Positions 52,175 through 62,706 of a DNA stretch of 64,000 bases are shown piece after piece. Under the pieces are notes generated by a model, which worked only from the letters and a program-made list of their open reading frames with translations, was not told the DNA's origin and did no database searches. Numbering within the stretch: position 1 is the stretch's first letter; each line of letters begins with the position of its first letter. The stretch comes from Terriglobia bacterium (GTDB taxonomy: Bacteria; Acidobacteriota; Terriglobia; 20CM-2-55-15): NCBI GenBank assembly GCA_965218585.1, contig CBDCLE010000002.1, positions 384,001-448,000 of the forward strand, read 5' to 3'. The position numbers and the translations under genes were made by a program.

Positions 52175-53406
52175 TCAAGCTATCGCTCAGAATATTCTTG
52201 CCGATCGCGGTAGTTGCCGGTGCTGGCTATGCGGCGATGACGATGATTCAGAACCGACCGGTACCCGAGACCCGAATCGCCGAAGTAACCCTTCCGTTGG
52301 TCGAGACCATGGAAGTGGGCTATTCCAATATCCGGCTCCTTGTGGCAGCCGAAGGCACGGTTGCTCCCCGGACAGAAACCGAGCTCGTTCCTGAGGTTTC
52401 CGGGCGTGTGATGACAGTGTCTCCCTCAGTAGCTGTTGGCGGCTTCTTTGAAGAGGGAGATGTCCTGCTCGAGCTAGACCGACGGGAGTACGAGTTAGCT
52501 GTGACGCGCTCCAGGGCGGCAATCGCCCAGGCGGAGTTACGGCTCGAAACCGAACGTCAGGAAGCCGCCGTGGCCTTGGAGGAATGGGAACTGCTGGGTG
52601 CGGGCCGACCTACACCGCTAGCGTTGCGGGAACCTCAGATCGCGGAAGCCCAGGCTTCGCTGGCGTCCGCGGAAGCCAACCTCCAGCAGGCGGAGTATGA
52701 CCTGGAACGAACCGTCGTCCGCGCCCCGTTTGCCGGCCGTGTTCGTTCAGAGCGCGTCGACGTGGGCCAGTTCGTGCAGCGGGGAAATTCTGTAGCCACC
52801 CTGTACGCCGTGGATGCGGCTGAAGTCCGTCTCCCTATTCCGGACGTTGAATTGCAATTTGTGGATCTTCCGCTCGGGTATCGGGGTGACGGTGGATTCG
52901 AGTCTGTGAGCGGACCCGACGTTGTTCTGCGCTCGGAATTCGCCGGAAACCGATACGAGTGGCGCGGAAAGATTGTCCGGACCGAAGGCGAAATCGATCC
53001 ACGGACCCGCATGGTGCATGCGATCGCCCGCATTGAAGATCCTTACGCCCGAAGCGGACGTAGCGGTCGTCCTCCCCTGGCGGTGGGCATGTTTGTGGAA
53101 GCCGAGATCCAGGGACGGTCTTCGGGAGAGATTGTCGTTCTTCCGCGATCCGTTCTGAGAGGTGCGGACCAGGTCCTGGTCGTGAACGAAAGGGACGAGT
53201 TGCGTTTCCAGCAGGTAGAGATCTTCCGCTTGGAGCGGGATCGTGTCCTGGTGCGATCCGGCCTTGAGGAAGGCGAACAGATAGTGGTTTCCCCCTTGGA
53301 GAACGCCGTGAATGGAATGAAGGTTCGCATCAACACGTATCCTCCGATCGGACAGATCTCGTCCAAAACGTCCGGGACCGCGGGCACGGAACACACAGGG
53401 GAGTAG
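52171..53406 (+). CDS. RND periplasmic adaptor (MFP)
   Basis: PEVSGRV, RAPFAGRV, GEIDPRTR, GMFVEAEI. Confidence 0.92.
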   Translation: MIKLSLRIFLPIAVVAGAGYAAMTMIQNRPVPETRIAEVTLPLVETMEVGYSNIRLLVAAEGTVAPRTETELVPEVSGRVMTVSPSVAVGGFFEEGDVLLELDRREYELAVTRSRAAIAQAELRLETERQEAAVALEEWELLGAGRPTPLALREPQIAEAQASLASAEANLQQAEYDLERTVVRAPFAGRVRSERVDVGQFVQRGNSVATLYAVDAAEVRLPIPDVELQFVDLPLGYRGDGGFESVSGPDVVLRSEFAGNRYEWRGKIVRTEGEIDPRTRMVHAIARIEDPYARSGRSGRPPLAVGMFVEAEIQGRSSGEIVVLPRSVLRGADQVLVVNERDELRFQQVEIFRLERDRVLVRSGLEEGEQIVVSPLENAVNGMKVRINTYPPIGQISSKTSGTAGTEHTGE

Positions 53407-53409
53407 TGG

Positions 53410-56400
53410 ATGAAGTCGCTGATCGCATGGTTCGCAAATAACGGTGTCGTTGCTAATCTTCTGATGCTCATCATCATCGCACTGGGTGTGATGGCGGTGT
53501 TCTCCGTAAATCAGGAAGTTTTTCCCGAGTTTGAAGCCGAAACGATCTCGGTTTCGGTGCCCTATCGAGGGGCTGCGCCGGAAGAAGTTGAAGAAGCGGT
53601 TTCGGTTCGAATCGAGGAATCGATTCAGGGACTGGAAGGTGTCAAGCGGATCACCTCGACGTCTTCCGAAGGCGCCGCGTCGGTCATGGTCGAGGTCGAG
53701 ACAGGCTATGACACGCGCGAGCTTCTTGACGATGTCAAGGCCCGCGTAGATGCCATTTCTACGTTCCCGCTCGAGACCGAGGAACCTGTCGTCCAGGAAA
53801 TGCTGATCCGGATGCAGGTGATCAACGTGTCACTGTACGGGGACACGGATGAACTGACCCTTAGACTTCTCGGCGAGCGTGTCCGGGATGAAATTGTGGC
53901 GCTGGATGGTATCAGTCAGGCCGATCTGAAAAGCATTCGTCCTTACGAGATCGCGATCGAGGTGTCGGAGGACGTTCTTAGACGCTATGGTCTGACGTTC
54001 GACGATGTGGCGCAAGCAGTCAGGCGTTCATCGATAGACCTCCCCGGAGGGTCGGTCAATTCCGATTCCGGAGAAATCCTTCTGCGCACCGAAGGGCAGG
54101 CTTACAGAGGCGAAGAGTATGAAGACCTCACTCTGTTGACCCGACCCGATGGCACTCGCCTGCGTCTGGCCGATGTGGGGACGGTAATTGACGGTTTTGA
54201 GGAGACGGACCAGTGGTCCAGGTTCGACGGCCAACCTGCGGTTATGGTCCAGGTATTTCGCGTGGGAGACGAAAACGCTCCGGACGTCTCCGAGACGGTT
54301 CGAAGCTACGTCGCGGAAGCTGGCGACCGACTGCCTCCTGGCATTTCGATCGCCACCTGGCAGGATACCTCCGTGTTGCTGGAAGACCGTACCAACATGC
54401 TCCTGCGCAACGGCTTCACCGGGCTGATCCTGGTCTTCATCGTGTTGACGCTTTTCTTGCGAATGCGGTTGGCGATCTGGGTTGCCATCGGTATTCCCGT
54501 CGCGTTCCTGGGTGCGATGTCGACGATGCCGTTCACAGGTCAGACAATCAACATGATGACGTTGTTTTCGTTCATCCTCGTTCTGGGCATCGTCGTCGAC
54601 GACGCCATTATCATTGCCGAACGGATCCACTACCGCCAGGATGAACTCGGGGAGGGGCTAAGGGGGGCGATCCTGGGAACGCAGGAGGTCGCGATCCCGA
54701 TCATATTCGGAGTTCTGACGACGGTCGCAGCCTTTTCTCCTTTCATGATGGTTCCCGGCATGATGGGGAACTTCTCTCGTGCGATCCCGTTGATAGTCGT
54801 TCCGGTCCTGCTGTTTTCCCTCGTCGAATCCCAACTCGTGTTGCCCTACCACCTTTCGCATCACACAGAGAAGAAAAGGGAAAAGAAACCGAACATACTG
54901 GCCCGGGCGTGGAACGGTTTCTTCGACGGATTCACTCATATGCTGGAGTGGCTCGTCCACCAGGTCTATACCCCCGTCCTGCGGCGTGCCATCGGCTGGC
55001 GTTACCTGACCGCATCGATTGCCATCGCGTCGCTCGTGCTGACCGTGGGTCTTATATATGGAGGGATGATCGATTACGTGTTCATGCCCAATATGGATTC
55101 GGACAACGTCATTGTGACGCTGACGATGCCGGAGGAAACTCCCGCTGAGATTACTGCCCAGGCGATCGAAAACATCGAGGATGCGGCAATCGAGTTGAGT
55201 GGAGACCTGGAAGCTGAGTACGGCTATCCGCTCTTCCAACATGTGCTCTCGAGCGTCGGAGAGCAGCCGTCGGCGGGTCTGAACCCCATGGCGGGTGGTG
55301 TGACCCCATCGCAGGCCTACCTTGGAGAGGTCAACATCGAGCTTATCCCTGGAGACACACGTCCACTTTCGAGTACCCAAATCGGCAACCGGCTTCGAGC
55401 GCGTGTCGATCCGATTCCCGGCGTCGTCGAACTGGATTACCTGACGGACCTGATGATGGCGGGCAAGCCCATCGACATCCAGTTGGCGGGGCCCGACATC
55501 GATGAATTGCGCGTGGTCGCGGCCGAAGTCCGAGCTCGACTCGAGGAATATCCGGGAGTGATCGACATCACGGATTCCTTCCGTAGCGGCAAACCTGAAA
55601 TCGAATTGACCATACAACCGAGCGCGGAACCGCTCGGCCTCTCCCTCCAGGATCTGGGCCGGCAGGTCCGTCAGGGTTTCTTTGGCGAAGAAGCTCAGAG
55701 GATCCAACGGGGCCGGGATGATGTCCGGGTCATGGTCCGCTATCCCGCCGAAGAGCGTGAGTCGATTGGCGACCTGGAATACATGAGGGTCCGAACCCCG
55801 GACGGGGGACAGGTTCCATTCGGTACGGTTGCGGAAGCCGAGATTGGGCGGGGGTTCTCCAGTATCCGGCGTGTGGATCGTCAGCGAGCGATCAACGTGA
55901 CGGCTGGAGTGGACGCGGACGTGGGAAACGCAGCCATGATCCTCTTCGACTTTACGGCCAGCCAGATGCCCGAAGTCCTGGCCGCCCATCCCCAGGTGAC
56001 GTACTCCTTTGAAGGAGAGCAGCAGATGGAGGAAGAGTTTACGGGTGGTTTGACGCGGGGTTTCCTGATTGCGCTCTTCGTGATATTTGCATTGCTGGCC
56101 ATTCCCTTGAAGTCCTATCTACAGCCGTTGATCGTCATGTCTGCCGTTCCCTTCGGCCTGGTCGGTGCCGTGATCGGCCATGTCGTTTTCGGAGTTACCC
56201 TCAACTTCATGTCGATGATGGGCATGGTTGCCGTCGCCGGTGTGGTCGTCAATGACAGTCTTGTGCTGGTCCATTTCATCAATCGGGGAATCAGCAAACA
56301 TGGGTCTTTGATAGACGCTGTTGTTCAGGCAGGCTCGGCTCGATTCCGTCCCATTCTACTGACGTCTCTGACTACGACCGCCGGCGTGACACCGTTGATG

Positions 56401-56592
56401 CTGGAAACCAGTCTTCAGGCCCAGTTCATGATCCCGATGGCTGTGGCGATGGCTTCCGGAGTTCTGTTTGCTACCACGATCACCTTGCTTCTGGTGCCAT
56501 CGGTCTACCTGATCCTGGAAGATGTCAGGAGCCTCTTTGGTCTTCGGAACCACTTCGTACCCGAACCGGCGCCATCAAGTGTTCAACCCTGA
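53410..56592 (+). CDS. RND efflux permease (AcrB family)
   Basis: 1060 aa; LGIVVDDAII, GVVVNDS, ARFRPILLTSLTT. Confidence 0.95.
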   Translation: MKSLIAWFANNGVVANLLMLIIIALGVMAVFSVNQEVFPEFEAETISVSVPYRGAAPEEVEEAVSVRIEESIQGLEGVKRITSTSSEGAASVMVEVETGYDTRELLDDVKARVDAISTFPLETEEPVVQEMLIRMQVINVSLYGDTDELTLRLLGERVRDEIVALDGISQADLKSIRPYEIAIEVSEDVLRRYGLTFDDVAQAVRRSSIDLPGGSVNSDSGEILLRTEGQAYRGEEYEDLTLLTRPDGTRLRLADVGTVIDGFEETDQWSRFDGQPAVMVQVFRVGDENAPDVSETVRSYVAEAGDRLPPGISIATWQDTSVLLEDRTNMLLRNGFTGLILVFIVLTLFLRMRLAIWVAIGIPVAFLGAMSTMPFTGQTINMMTLFSFILVLGIVVDDAIIIAERIHYRQDELGEGLRGAILGTQEVAIPIIFGVLTTVAAFSPFMMVPGMMGNFSRAIPLIVVPVLLFSLVESQLVLPYHLSHHTEKKREKKPNILARAWNGFFDGFTHMLEWLVHQVYTPVLRRAIGWRYLTASIAIASLVLTVGLIYGGMIDYVFMPNMDSDNVIVTLTMPEETPAEITAQAIENIEDAAIELSGDLEAEYGYPLFQHVLSSVGEQPSAGLNPMAGGVTPSQAYLGEVNIELIPGDTRPLSSTQIGNRLRARVDPIPGVVELDYLTDLMMAGKPIDIQLAGPDIDELRVVAAEVRARLEEYPGVIDITDSFRSGKPEIELTIQPSAEPLGLSLQDLGRQVRQGFFGEEAQRIQRGRDDVRVMVRYPAEERESIGDLEYMRVRTPDGGQVPFGTVAEAEIGRGFSSIRRVDRQRAINVTAGVDADVGNAAMILFDFTASQMPEVLAAHPQVTYSFEGEQQMEEEFTGGLTRGFLIALFVIFALLAIPLKSYLQPLIVMSAVPFGLVGAVIGHVVFGVTLNFMSMMGMVAVAGVVVNDSLVLVHFINRGISKHGSLIDAVVQAGSARFRPILLTSLTTTAGVTPLMLETSLQAQFMIPMAVAMASGVLFATTITLLLVPSVYLILEDVRSLFGLRNHFVPEPAPSSVQP

Positions 56593-56629
56593 TCGCATCA
56601 AGCGCACTCGATAATGGAGAATAACCACG

Positions 56630-57076
56630 ATGACTAAACGAATATCCCTCCTGGAAGACTCTCCGAGCAAGAGCCTCTTGAGAATTGCCGGCAACCGAGC
56701 GTGCGGGATTCTGGCAACTATGCGGTTCGACGGGCATTGTGTCAGCGCGCCTGATGACACAAGAAACAACAGAAGAGCGGAGCATCAGTTCGAGCGCTAT
56801 GCCTTCGAAGCTTTCAAGCCAGAACTCAAGGATCGCCTCCCCCAGCTTGTCAGCCTGCTCAATGAACAGGGCCTCGGGGAGCCAGACCGAAAACGAAAAG
56901 GTTTCTACAACCTCCAGGACCAAGAGCACTGGTACTACGTTCATGTTCACGAGGCACTGCGGAAGATATATCTGGTTGGTTATCGCCGAAACGAATCGGC
57001 CCAGGCGACACAGTGGTCAGATTGCTTTGGAAACGCTGCCGGGCAGGATCTGGACCGATCGACGTGCGCATGTTGA
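56630..57076 (+). CDS. Hypothetical protein
   Basis: ORF with RBS GGAG filling the gap between the permease and the amidase. Confidence 0.5.
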   Translation: MTKRISLLEDSPSKSLLRIAGNRACGILATMRFDGHCVSAPDDTRNNRRAEHQFERYAFEAFKPELKDRLPQLVSLLNEQGLGEPDRKRKGFYNLQDQEHWYYVHVHEALRKIYLVGYRRNESAQATQWSDCFGNAAGQDLDRSTCAC

Positions 57077-57102
57077 CCACGCTGTTGCGGCACTGATCGA
57101 AC

Positions 57103-57167
57103 TGTTTGTGCGCTCTGTGAGCGCACAAACAATTTTAAGAGCGTGCGGTCATAGACCGCACCTACAG
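57103..57167. repeat. Hairpin plus GTAG-type REP element
   Basis: TGTTTGTGCGCTC-TGT-GAGCGCACAAACA; the minus strand then has CTGTAGGTGCGGTCTATGACCGCAC. Confidence 0.65.
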
Positions 57168-57176
57168 AAGAACGGA

Positions 57177-58760
57177 ATGATTGGTCGTACATCAGCGCGT
57201 CACAGAATCAGCTTCGTTATTGGTTTCGCGCTGTTCCTGTCTGCCTGCGCTTCCGATCCCGGCCCCACGCCACCGACAGAAACATTTGATCTGGCTGAGG
57301 CAACCATCGCCGAGATCGAGTCGGCATTTCTCTCTGAAGAAGTGACCTGTGTCGAGTTGATCTCGGGCTACCTTGCCCGAATCGAGGCTTACGACGGCCG
57401 GGGCCCCGAACTGAACGTGATCATTACACTGAATCCCAGAGCCCTCGACGTTGCTGCCGACCTGGACGCACAGTACGCCGCGTCACCCGATGATGTTGGA
57501 CCTCTCCACTGTATCCCTGTAATCGTGAAGGACAACTTCGACACCTCGGATCTGCCGACGACAGGCGGATCCGTGACGTTTGCAGCGTCGTATCCGCCCG
57601 ATGATGCGTTCATGGTCCGGCGTCTGCGTGATGCCGGCGCGATAGTGCTCGCCAAGTCCAACCTGACTGAAATGGCCAGGGGCGGCCTGACGGCCAGTTC
57701 ATTGGGCGGCCAGACCCGCAATCCCTATGACCTGACGCGAACACCCGGAGGGTCGAGTGGCGGGACGGGTGCCGCGATTGCCGCGGGTTTCGGAGTCCTG
57801 GGAACAGGGAGCGATACCGGTCAGTCGATCCGCTCGCCGGCATCGGCGCAGAGTTTGGTCGGTCTGCGGTCGACCCGTGGCCTGGTGAGCCGCGACGGTG
57901 TCATTCCCAACAGCGTGACACAGGACGAGGTTGGCCCGATCACACGAACCGTAGAGGATGCAGCCCGGATGATGGACGTCATTGCGGGGTATGATCCTGC
58001 CGACCCCATCACAGCCTTCGGTGTCAGTCATATCCCCAATAGCTACACAGAAACGCTCGATCCGGATGGCTTAAACGGTGCTCGGATCGGCGTCGTGATG
58101 GATGTCTTCGGTACCGAAGCCGTTCATGAAGCAGTCAACGCCGTAACCGAGGATGCAATAGCCCAAATGGAGGTGGCGGGCGCAACGCTGGTCCGGATCC
58201 GCATTCCGGATTTCGCCAATACGGTGAGCGAGGTCGCTGTCGCTTCGTTCGAAGGCAAGATCGTATTTGAGCAGTACCTGGCTGACCTTGGGGCGAATGC
58301 GCCTGTCCGGAGCTTAACCGAGTTCGTCGAGCGTGGAGAATTTCATGAAACCATCCGGGCCGACCTCGAGCTGACAGTGGGCATCGAGGACGGCATGAAC
58401 GATCCGGAATACCGACGTCGTCTGTTTCGACGCGAAAACCTCCGACGGGCATTGATGAAGGTCATGGCAGACAACGACCTCGACGCTTTGCTCTATCCGC
58501 ACCAGCGCCGGCTGGTGGCCGCGATTGGAGAGGCACAACTCGAACGTAACGGCGTTCTTTCGAACGCGACGGGTTTCCCGGCGTTGACGATTCCCGGAGG
58601 ATTCTCCTCGCCAACGGAATCGGCGCCATTGGGCGTGCCGGTCGGGATCGAACTCCTTGGACCGGACTGGAGCGAGCCGACGCTCCTGAGGTTGGCCTTT
58701 GCTTTCGAACAAGCGCCAATGATTCGCAGGTCCCCGGTTACGACACCGTCGATTAATTGA
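57177..58760 (+). CDS. Amidase-signature family lipoprotein
   Basis: Lipobox LSAC; VKDNFD, GGSSGG, GSDTGQSIR. Confidence 0.92.
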   Translation: MIGRTSARHRISFVIGFALFLSACASDPGPTPPTETFDLAEATIAEIESAFLSEEVTCVELISGYLARIEAYDGRGPELNVIITLNPRALDVAADLDAQYAASPDDVGPLHCIPVIVKDNFDTSDLPTTGGSVTFAASYPPDDAFMVRRLRDAGAIVLAKSNLTEMARGGLTASSLGGQTRNPYDLTRTPGGSSGGTGAAIAAGFGVLGTGSDTGQSIRSPASAQSLVGLRSTRGLVSRDGVIPNSVTQDEVGPITRTVEDAARMMDVIAGYDPADPITAFGVSHIPNSYTETLDPDGLNGARIGVVMDVFGTEAVHEAVNAVTEDAIAQMEVAGATLVRIRIPDFANTVSEVAVASFEGKIVFEQYLADLGANAPVRSLTEFVERGEFHETIRADLELTVGIEDGMNDPEYRRRLFRRENLRRALMKVMADNDLDALLYPHQRRLVAAIGEAQLERNGVLSNATGFPALTIPGGFSSPTESAPLGVPVGIELLGPDWSEPTLLRLAFAFEQAPMIRRSPVTTPSIN

Positions 58761-58789
58761 AGAGCTCGTTATTCATCGGAGGAGATTCA

Positions 58790-59608
58790 ATGAAACTGCA
58801 ACTACTGCCAGTGACTTTACTGCTTGTTCTGGTCAACGGCGCTGTGGCCCAAAACGAAGCCGTGGCTCAGCAGGTGGATACGGTGTTTCTCGAAGAACTC
58901 ACGACAGTCGAAGTCCAGGATGCGATCGAGAACGGCACGACCACCATTATCCTGCCTACAGCAGGGACGGAACAGAACGGCCCTCACCTGGTGCTGGGCA
59001 AACACAAGTACATCGTCAATTACGCGTCGGACGAGATCGCGCGCCGTTTGGGCAATACACTGGTCGCACCGGTCGTGACGTACGTGCCGGAAGGCGCCGT
59101 CGATCCGCTTTCAGGACACATGCGTTTCGCGGGAACGATTACGCTGCCGAACGAATTCTTCATGAAGCTTGTCGAATACGCCGCACGGAGTTTCCAAGCC
59201 CATGGTTTTACGAACATCGTGTTCCTCGCCGACAGTGGTGGGAACCTGAACGGCATGCGGGCGGTTGCCGACCAGCTCAACGAGGAGTGGTCAGGCGACG
59301 CTGCGCGCGTCCACTTCGCCGACGATTACTATTCCGACAACGGTTGGAGCGAGTGGTTGATCGAGCAGGGCGAAACAGAAGAATCTATTGGTGGCCACGC
59401 GGGCCTCGACACGACATCGGAGCTTCTGTTTGTTGCGCCCCAACATGTCCGTCAGGACCAGTTGATACCTGAGAGTGAAGCAGATTCGAGTCGCTATAGT
59501 TTTTCAGGCGATCCTACCCGCACTTCGGTCGAATATGGCCGGAATGGACTCGAACTAAAGATTGGGGCCGCGGTTCGACAGATCCGGGCGTTGATCAACG
59601 CGAGGTAA
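58790..59608 (+). CDS. Secreted creatininase-family protein
   Basis: Signal peptide; GTEQNGPHL, FAGTITL, DSGGN, GHAG. Confidence 0.85.
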   Translation: MKLQLLPVTLLLVLVNGAVAQNEAVAQQVDTVFLEELTTVEVQDAIENGTTTIILPTAGTEQNGPHLVLGKHKYIVNYASDEIARRLGNTLVAPVVTYVPEGAVDPLSGHMRFAGTITLPNEFFMKLVEYAARSFQAHGFTNIVFLADSGGNLNGMRAVADQLNEEWSGDAARVHFADDYYSDNGWSEWLIEQGETEESIGGHAGLDTTSELLFVAPQHVRQDQLIPESEADSSRYSFSGDPTRTSVEYGRNGLELKIGAAVRQIRALINAR

Positions 59609-59637
59609 AATAGGGACATAGGTGTCTGACCCCATTT

Positions 59638-60432
59638 TTACGGGCCGGTCTCGTACTCCACTTCCACTTCCAGAAAACCGGCATTCGCAGGGTTCGCGAC
59701 TTCAGGCAGGAATCCGTTCGAGAGAAATTCGTAGTCGCCAGCAGGTACCGTTCTTGCTGCTCCACGACTGAGGTAGTAAGTCCGGTCAGCACCAACCAGC
59801 ATCGCCTCACCCTGGGGAAACCACGAAGCGTTGTCCGATTTCCTCGCAGTGACCAATCGGACATATCCCGACTCCCCGACCCGAATCTGCGTGTTCTCAG
59901 GCGTCAAGGTAGCTGAACTGGGCTGGCCGGCCAGCCGGACGCGCATCGCGTGGAGGGCTTGCGATTCGTTTCCGTATTCGAGCGTGAAGAAGTTGCCTTC
60001 GTCGGGAAAGATACCGTCCCATTCCAGTTGGACGGCAACGAATATTTCCTCCGATTCGTTCGGTGGGTCTCCAAAGGAAGATCCGGTGTGCGAGATTTCG
60101 ATGTCCCCTCTTGGTCGGCCTTGCCAGACAAGAACTGCACCGGGGAAACCGCACGGCTCTTCATCCTCGCGCCGAGTCAGTGTCTCAAGCGTGCACACAC
60201 TGACACGGGTCAGGACATCAAGGTTGACCGGGTCCATCGGTACGCGGATAGCCCGTCCATTCGGAACGCGACACCAGTAACGTGCGGGTGGAGATTCTGT
60301 GAATCGGATGCTTGAACTGCAATTGCCGCTGTAGTTGGAGCGGAAAGTCGTCCGTGAGGTGTCCTGGGACCACGCTTGGAGAGGTCCCAGGACAAACGCC
60401 ATTACGAGGAATAGAGTTCCGGGTTTCGACAT
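59638..60432 (-). CDS. Secreted hypothetical protein
   Basis: Signal peptide (AWS-Q), beta-rich, four Cys. Confidence 0.6.
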   Translation of the reverse strand: MSKPGTLFLVMAFVLGPLQAWSQDTSRTTFRSNYSGNCSSSIRFTESPPARYWCRVPNGRAIRVPMDPVNLDVLTRVSVCTLETLTRREDEEPCGFPGAVLVWQGRPRGDIEISHTGSSFGDPPNESEEIFVAVQLEWDGIFPDEGNFFTLEYGNESQALHAMRVRLAGQPSSATLTPENTQIRVGESGYVRLVTARKSDNASWFPQGEAMLVGADRTYYLSRGAARTVPAGDYEFLSNGFLPEVANPANAGFLEVEVEYETGP

Positions 60433-60447
60433 AGCCAGATCGAGAGT

Positions 60448-61767
60448 CTAACCGCCCGTATAGCTGATCCGCCAGATCCGGCCACCCGAGTCATCTGACA
60501 CATACAGCGTTCCGTCGGGGCCGAGGGCCAGTCCGGTTGGACGGTGAACCGCATCTTGCGGATTCATGAGAGGCGATACGCCCGCAAAACCGTCCGCGAA
60601 CGTCTCATAGTCGCCAGTAGGTTGACCATCAGCCATCGGGACGAAAGCTACCTGATATCCACCCTGCGGCAGAGGGGCGCGGTTCCAGGAACCGTGGAAC
60701 GCGATGAACGCGCCGTTCTGATAGGGGGTGGGGAACTGATCGCCCGTGTAAAAGATCACGTCGTTGGGTCCCCAATGTCCAGGGAACGCAACCAACGGTT
60801 GCCCGTAGTCGGCGCAATCTCCGACTTGCTGGCCGTCACCGCCGTACTCGGGCATAACGAGTTTCGTGTCCTGCATCCAGTCGTGATAGCAGTAGGGCCA
60901 ACCGAAATCTGCGCCCTCTTCCAGCCTGAAGAATTCCTCCGACGGCAATTCTGCACTGGCCTGTTCGTCGAAATAGTCCGAGTAGAGTGTAGCCAGCTGA
61001 TCCCGCCCGTGCTGGGCGGCGTACACGCCCTGACTTGCCGGATCCCAAGTCAGAGCCACTATGTTGCGGGTGCCGGTAATAAAATTGGAGCCATCGGCCA
61101 CCTGGTCCTGCCCAACGGTGTTTGCGTCGAAGCGCCAGACACCGGCCTGTTGTTCAAGGAGAGGGCAGGGTTGCATTCCCGGAGAACCTTCCGTTCTGTC
61201 CATTTCCTGGCACGCGTTCGACGGGGCGCCGACGTTGACGTAGAGCCCGCCGGCGTTGTCGAGTGTGAACGCTTTCGCTGCATGCGAACCTTGTTCGGGG
61301 AACCCGCCTACGATAACTTCAGGCTCTCCTTCCGGAACTAATTGGCCGGGTGTCAACTCGTAACGCAACACCGCCAGATCGGTCGAAACATAGAGGTTGT
61401 TTCCATCGAGCTGAAGCCCCGTGCCGAAGTGATCACCGAACCACTCCTGGATTTCCGCGCGTCCATCGCCGTCCGCATCACGCAGGGCGACGATGCCTCC
61501 CGCCGGTTCTTCAGCATCAGGTTGAGCTCCGCGGATTCGGACGTAAAGGGTGCCGTCATCGGCGACATCAAAATGCCGCGCCCTTCCGAGATTGTCTGCC
61601 ACAACCGTGGCGCAAAATCCGACCGGCAGGGTCAAACCTCCGTTGTCGGGATCGCAGTCGGCGGGATCGGCCAAGTTCAGTTGCGCTTCCGGTTGTTCTT
61701 CTTCGGTGCCGCCCGCGCAGGCCACCAGGGCGCTGAGCGCAACGGTCACAACAAACAGGCGTGTCAT
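60448..61767 (-). CDS. PQQ-dependent sugar / L-sorbosone dehydrogenase-family lipoprotein
   Basis: Lipobox LVAC; GAPSNACQ, GTRN, DFGWPYCY, FHGSWNR, LYVSDD. Confidence 0.88.
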   Translation of the reverse strand: MTRLFVVTVALSALVACAGGTEEEQPEAQLNLADPADCDPDNGGLTLPVGFCATVVADNLGRARHFDVADDGTLYVRIRGAQPDAEEPAGGIVALRDADGDGRAEIQEWFGDHFGTGLQLDGNNLYVSTDLAVLRYELTPGQLVPEGEPEVIVGGFPEQGSHAAKAFTLDNAGGLYVNVGAPSNACQEMDRTEGSPGMQPCPLLEQQAGVWRFDANTVGQDQVADGSNFITGTRNIVALTWDPASQGVYAAQHGRDQLATLYSDYFDEQASAELPSEEFFRLEEGADFGWPYCYHDWMQDTKLVMPEYGGDGQQVGDCADYGQPLVAFPGHWGPNDVIFYTGDQFPTPYQNGAFIAFHGSWNRAPLPQGGYQVAFVPMADGQPTGDYETFADGFAGVSPLMNPQDAVHRPTGLALGPDGTLYVSDDSGGRIWRISYTGG

Positions 61768-61977
61768 GGGACCTCCTCGCGAAACAGATCGAGTCAAGAT
61801 GCGATTCACACTCGCTTGTGCCGCCATCGGCACCATTCCGTTCTATCGAGACGCGAGTATATCAAAGGGCATATGGGAATGGATGGTAGGGTTTAAGCTC
61901 TAACCAAGACGCAAGATAGACTCAGGGCGGACACGGAATAGCGTCGGAGTCGAGATCTCGAGGTGAGGAGCAAAAAG

Positions 61978-62664
61978 ATGAGTGAAATATCGTATCCAAA
62001 TGAAAGCCTGGAATATCGGTCGGCACGCGACAAATTGCTGAAGGCCGAACTTGATTTGCGGGAGCACGTTGAACGTGTCGCCCAACAACGTCGCGACCTG
62101 CCGCCTGGAGGCCTTGTCAGGGAAGACTATGTCTTCGACGAACAACTCGGCGGGAAAGTTGCCGAGACGCGATTATCCGACCTGTTTGGCGAAGGGAAGG
62201 ATACAGTTTTTCTCTATAGTTTCATGTATGCGCCCGACATGGACTCGGCGTGTCCGATGTGTACCGCCATGCTGGATGGTCTGAACGGACAGATCGTCCA
62301 TCTGGATCAGCGAATCAGCGTTGCCGTTGTCGCGAAACATTCCGTTGAGCGCATTTCTGAACACGCGCGCAATCGCGGCTGGTCGAACTTTCGACTTCTT
62401 TCTTCAGCCCGTAACAGCTACAACTCCGACTATTTCGGACAGATCGACGGCAAACAGATCCCGAACGCGAACGTGTTTGTCCGGGAGGATGGGGAAATCA
62501 GGCACTTCTGGGGAGCCGAAATGGTGATGGGGCCGATGATCAAAGGTGGCAACATGCGTCATATGGATCTCATCTGGCCGTTATGGAACGTACTGGACAT
62601 GACACAGAGCGGCCGCGGGGAGTGGTATCCCAAACTCTCCTATACGGATCCCTCTGGCGTATGA
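61978..62664 (+). CDS. DUF899-family thioredoxin-like protein
   Basis: RRDLPPG, RLSDLF, CPMC, WNVLDMT..GR. Confidence 0.88.
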   Translation: MSEISYPNESLEYRSARDKLLKAELDLREHVERVAQQRRDLPPGGLVREDYVFDEQLGGKVAETRLSDLFGEGKDTVFLYSFMYAPDMDSACPMCTAMLDGLNGQIVHLDQRISVAVVAKHSVERISEHARNRGWSNFRLLSSARNSYNSDYFGQIDGKQIPNANVFVREDGEIRHFWGAEMVMGPMIKGGNMRHMDLIWPLWNVLDMTQSGRGEWYPKLSYTDPSGV

Positions 62665-62706
62665 TAATCGGGGACACCATTCAAGCCCTCGTTCGAGGGT
62701 AGAAAT

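Noticed and set aside
54658-55989. 443 aa minus-strand ORF and similar long antisense ORFs elsewhere
   Set aside because: They are shadows of well-supported genes, common in GC-rich DNA.
56685-57176. N-terminal extension of the amidase
   Set aside because: It overlaps another ORF and the REP hairpins; the lipoprotein signal begins at 57177.
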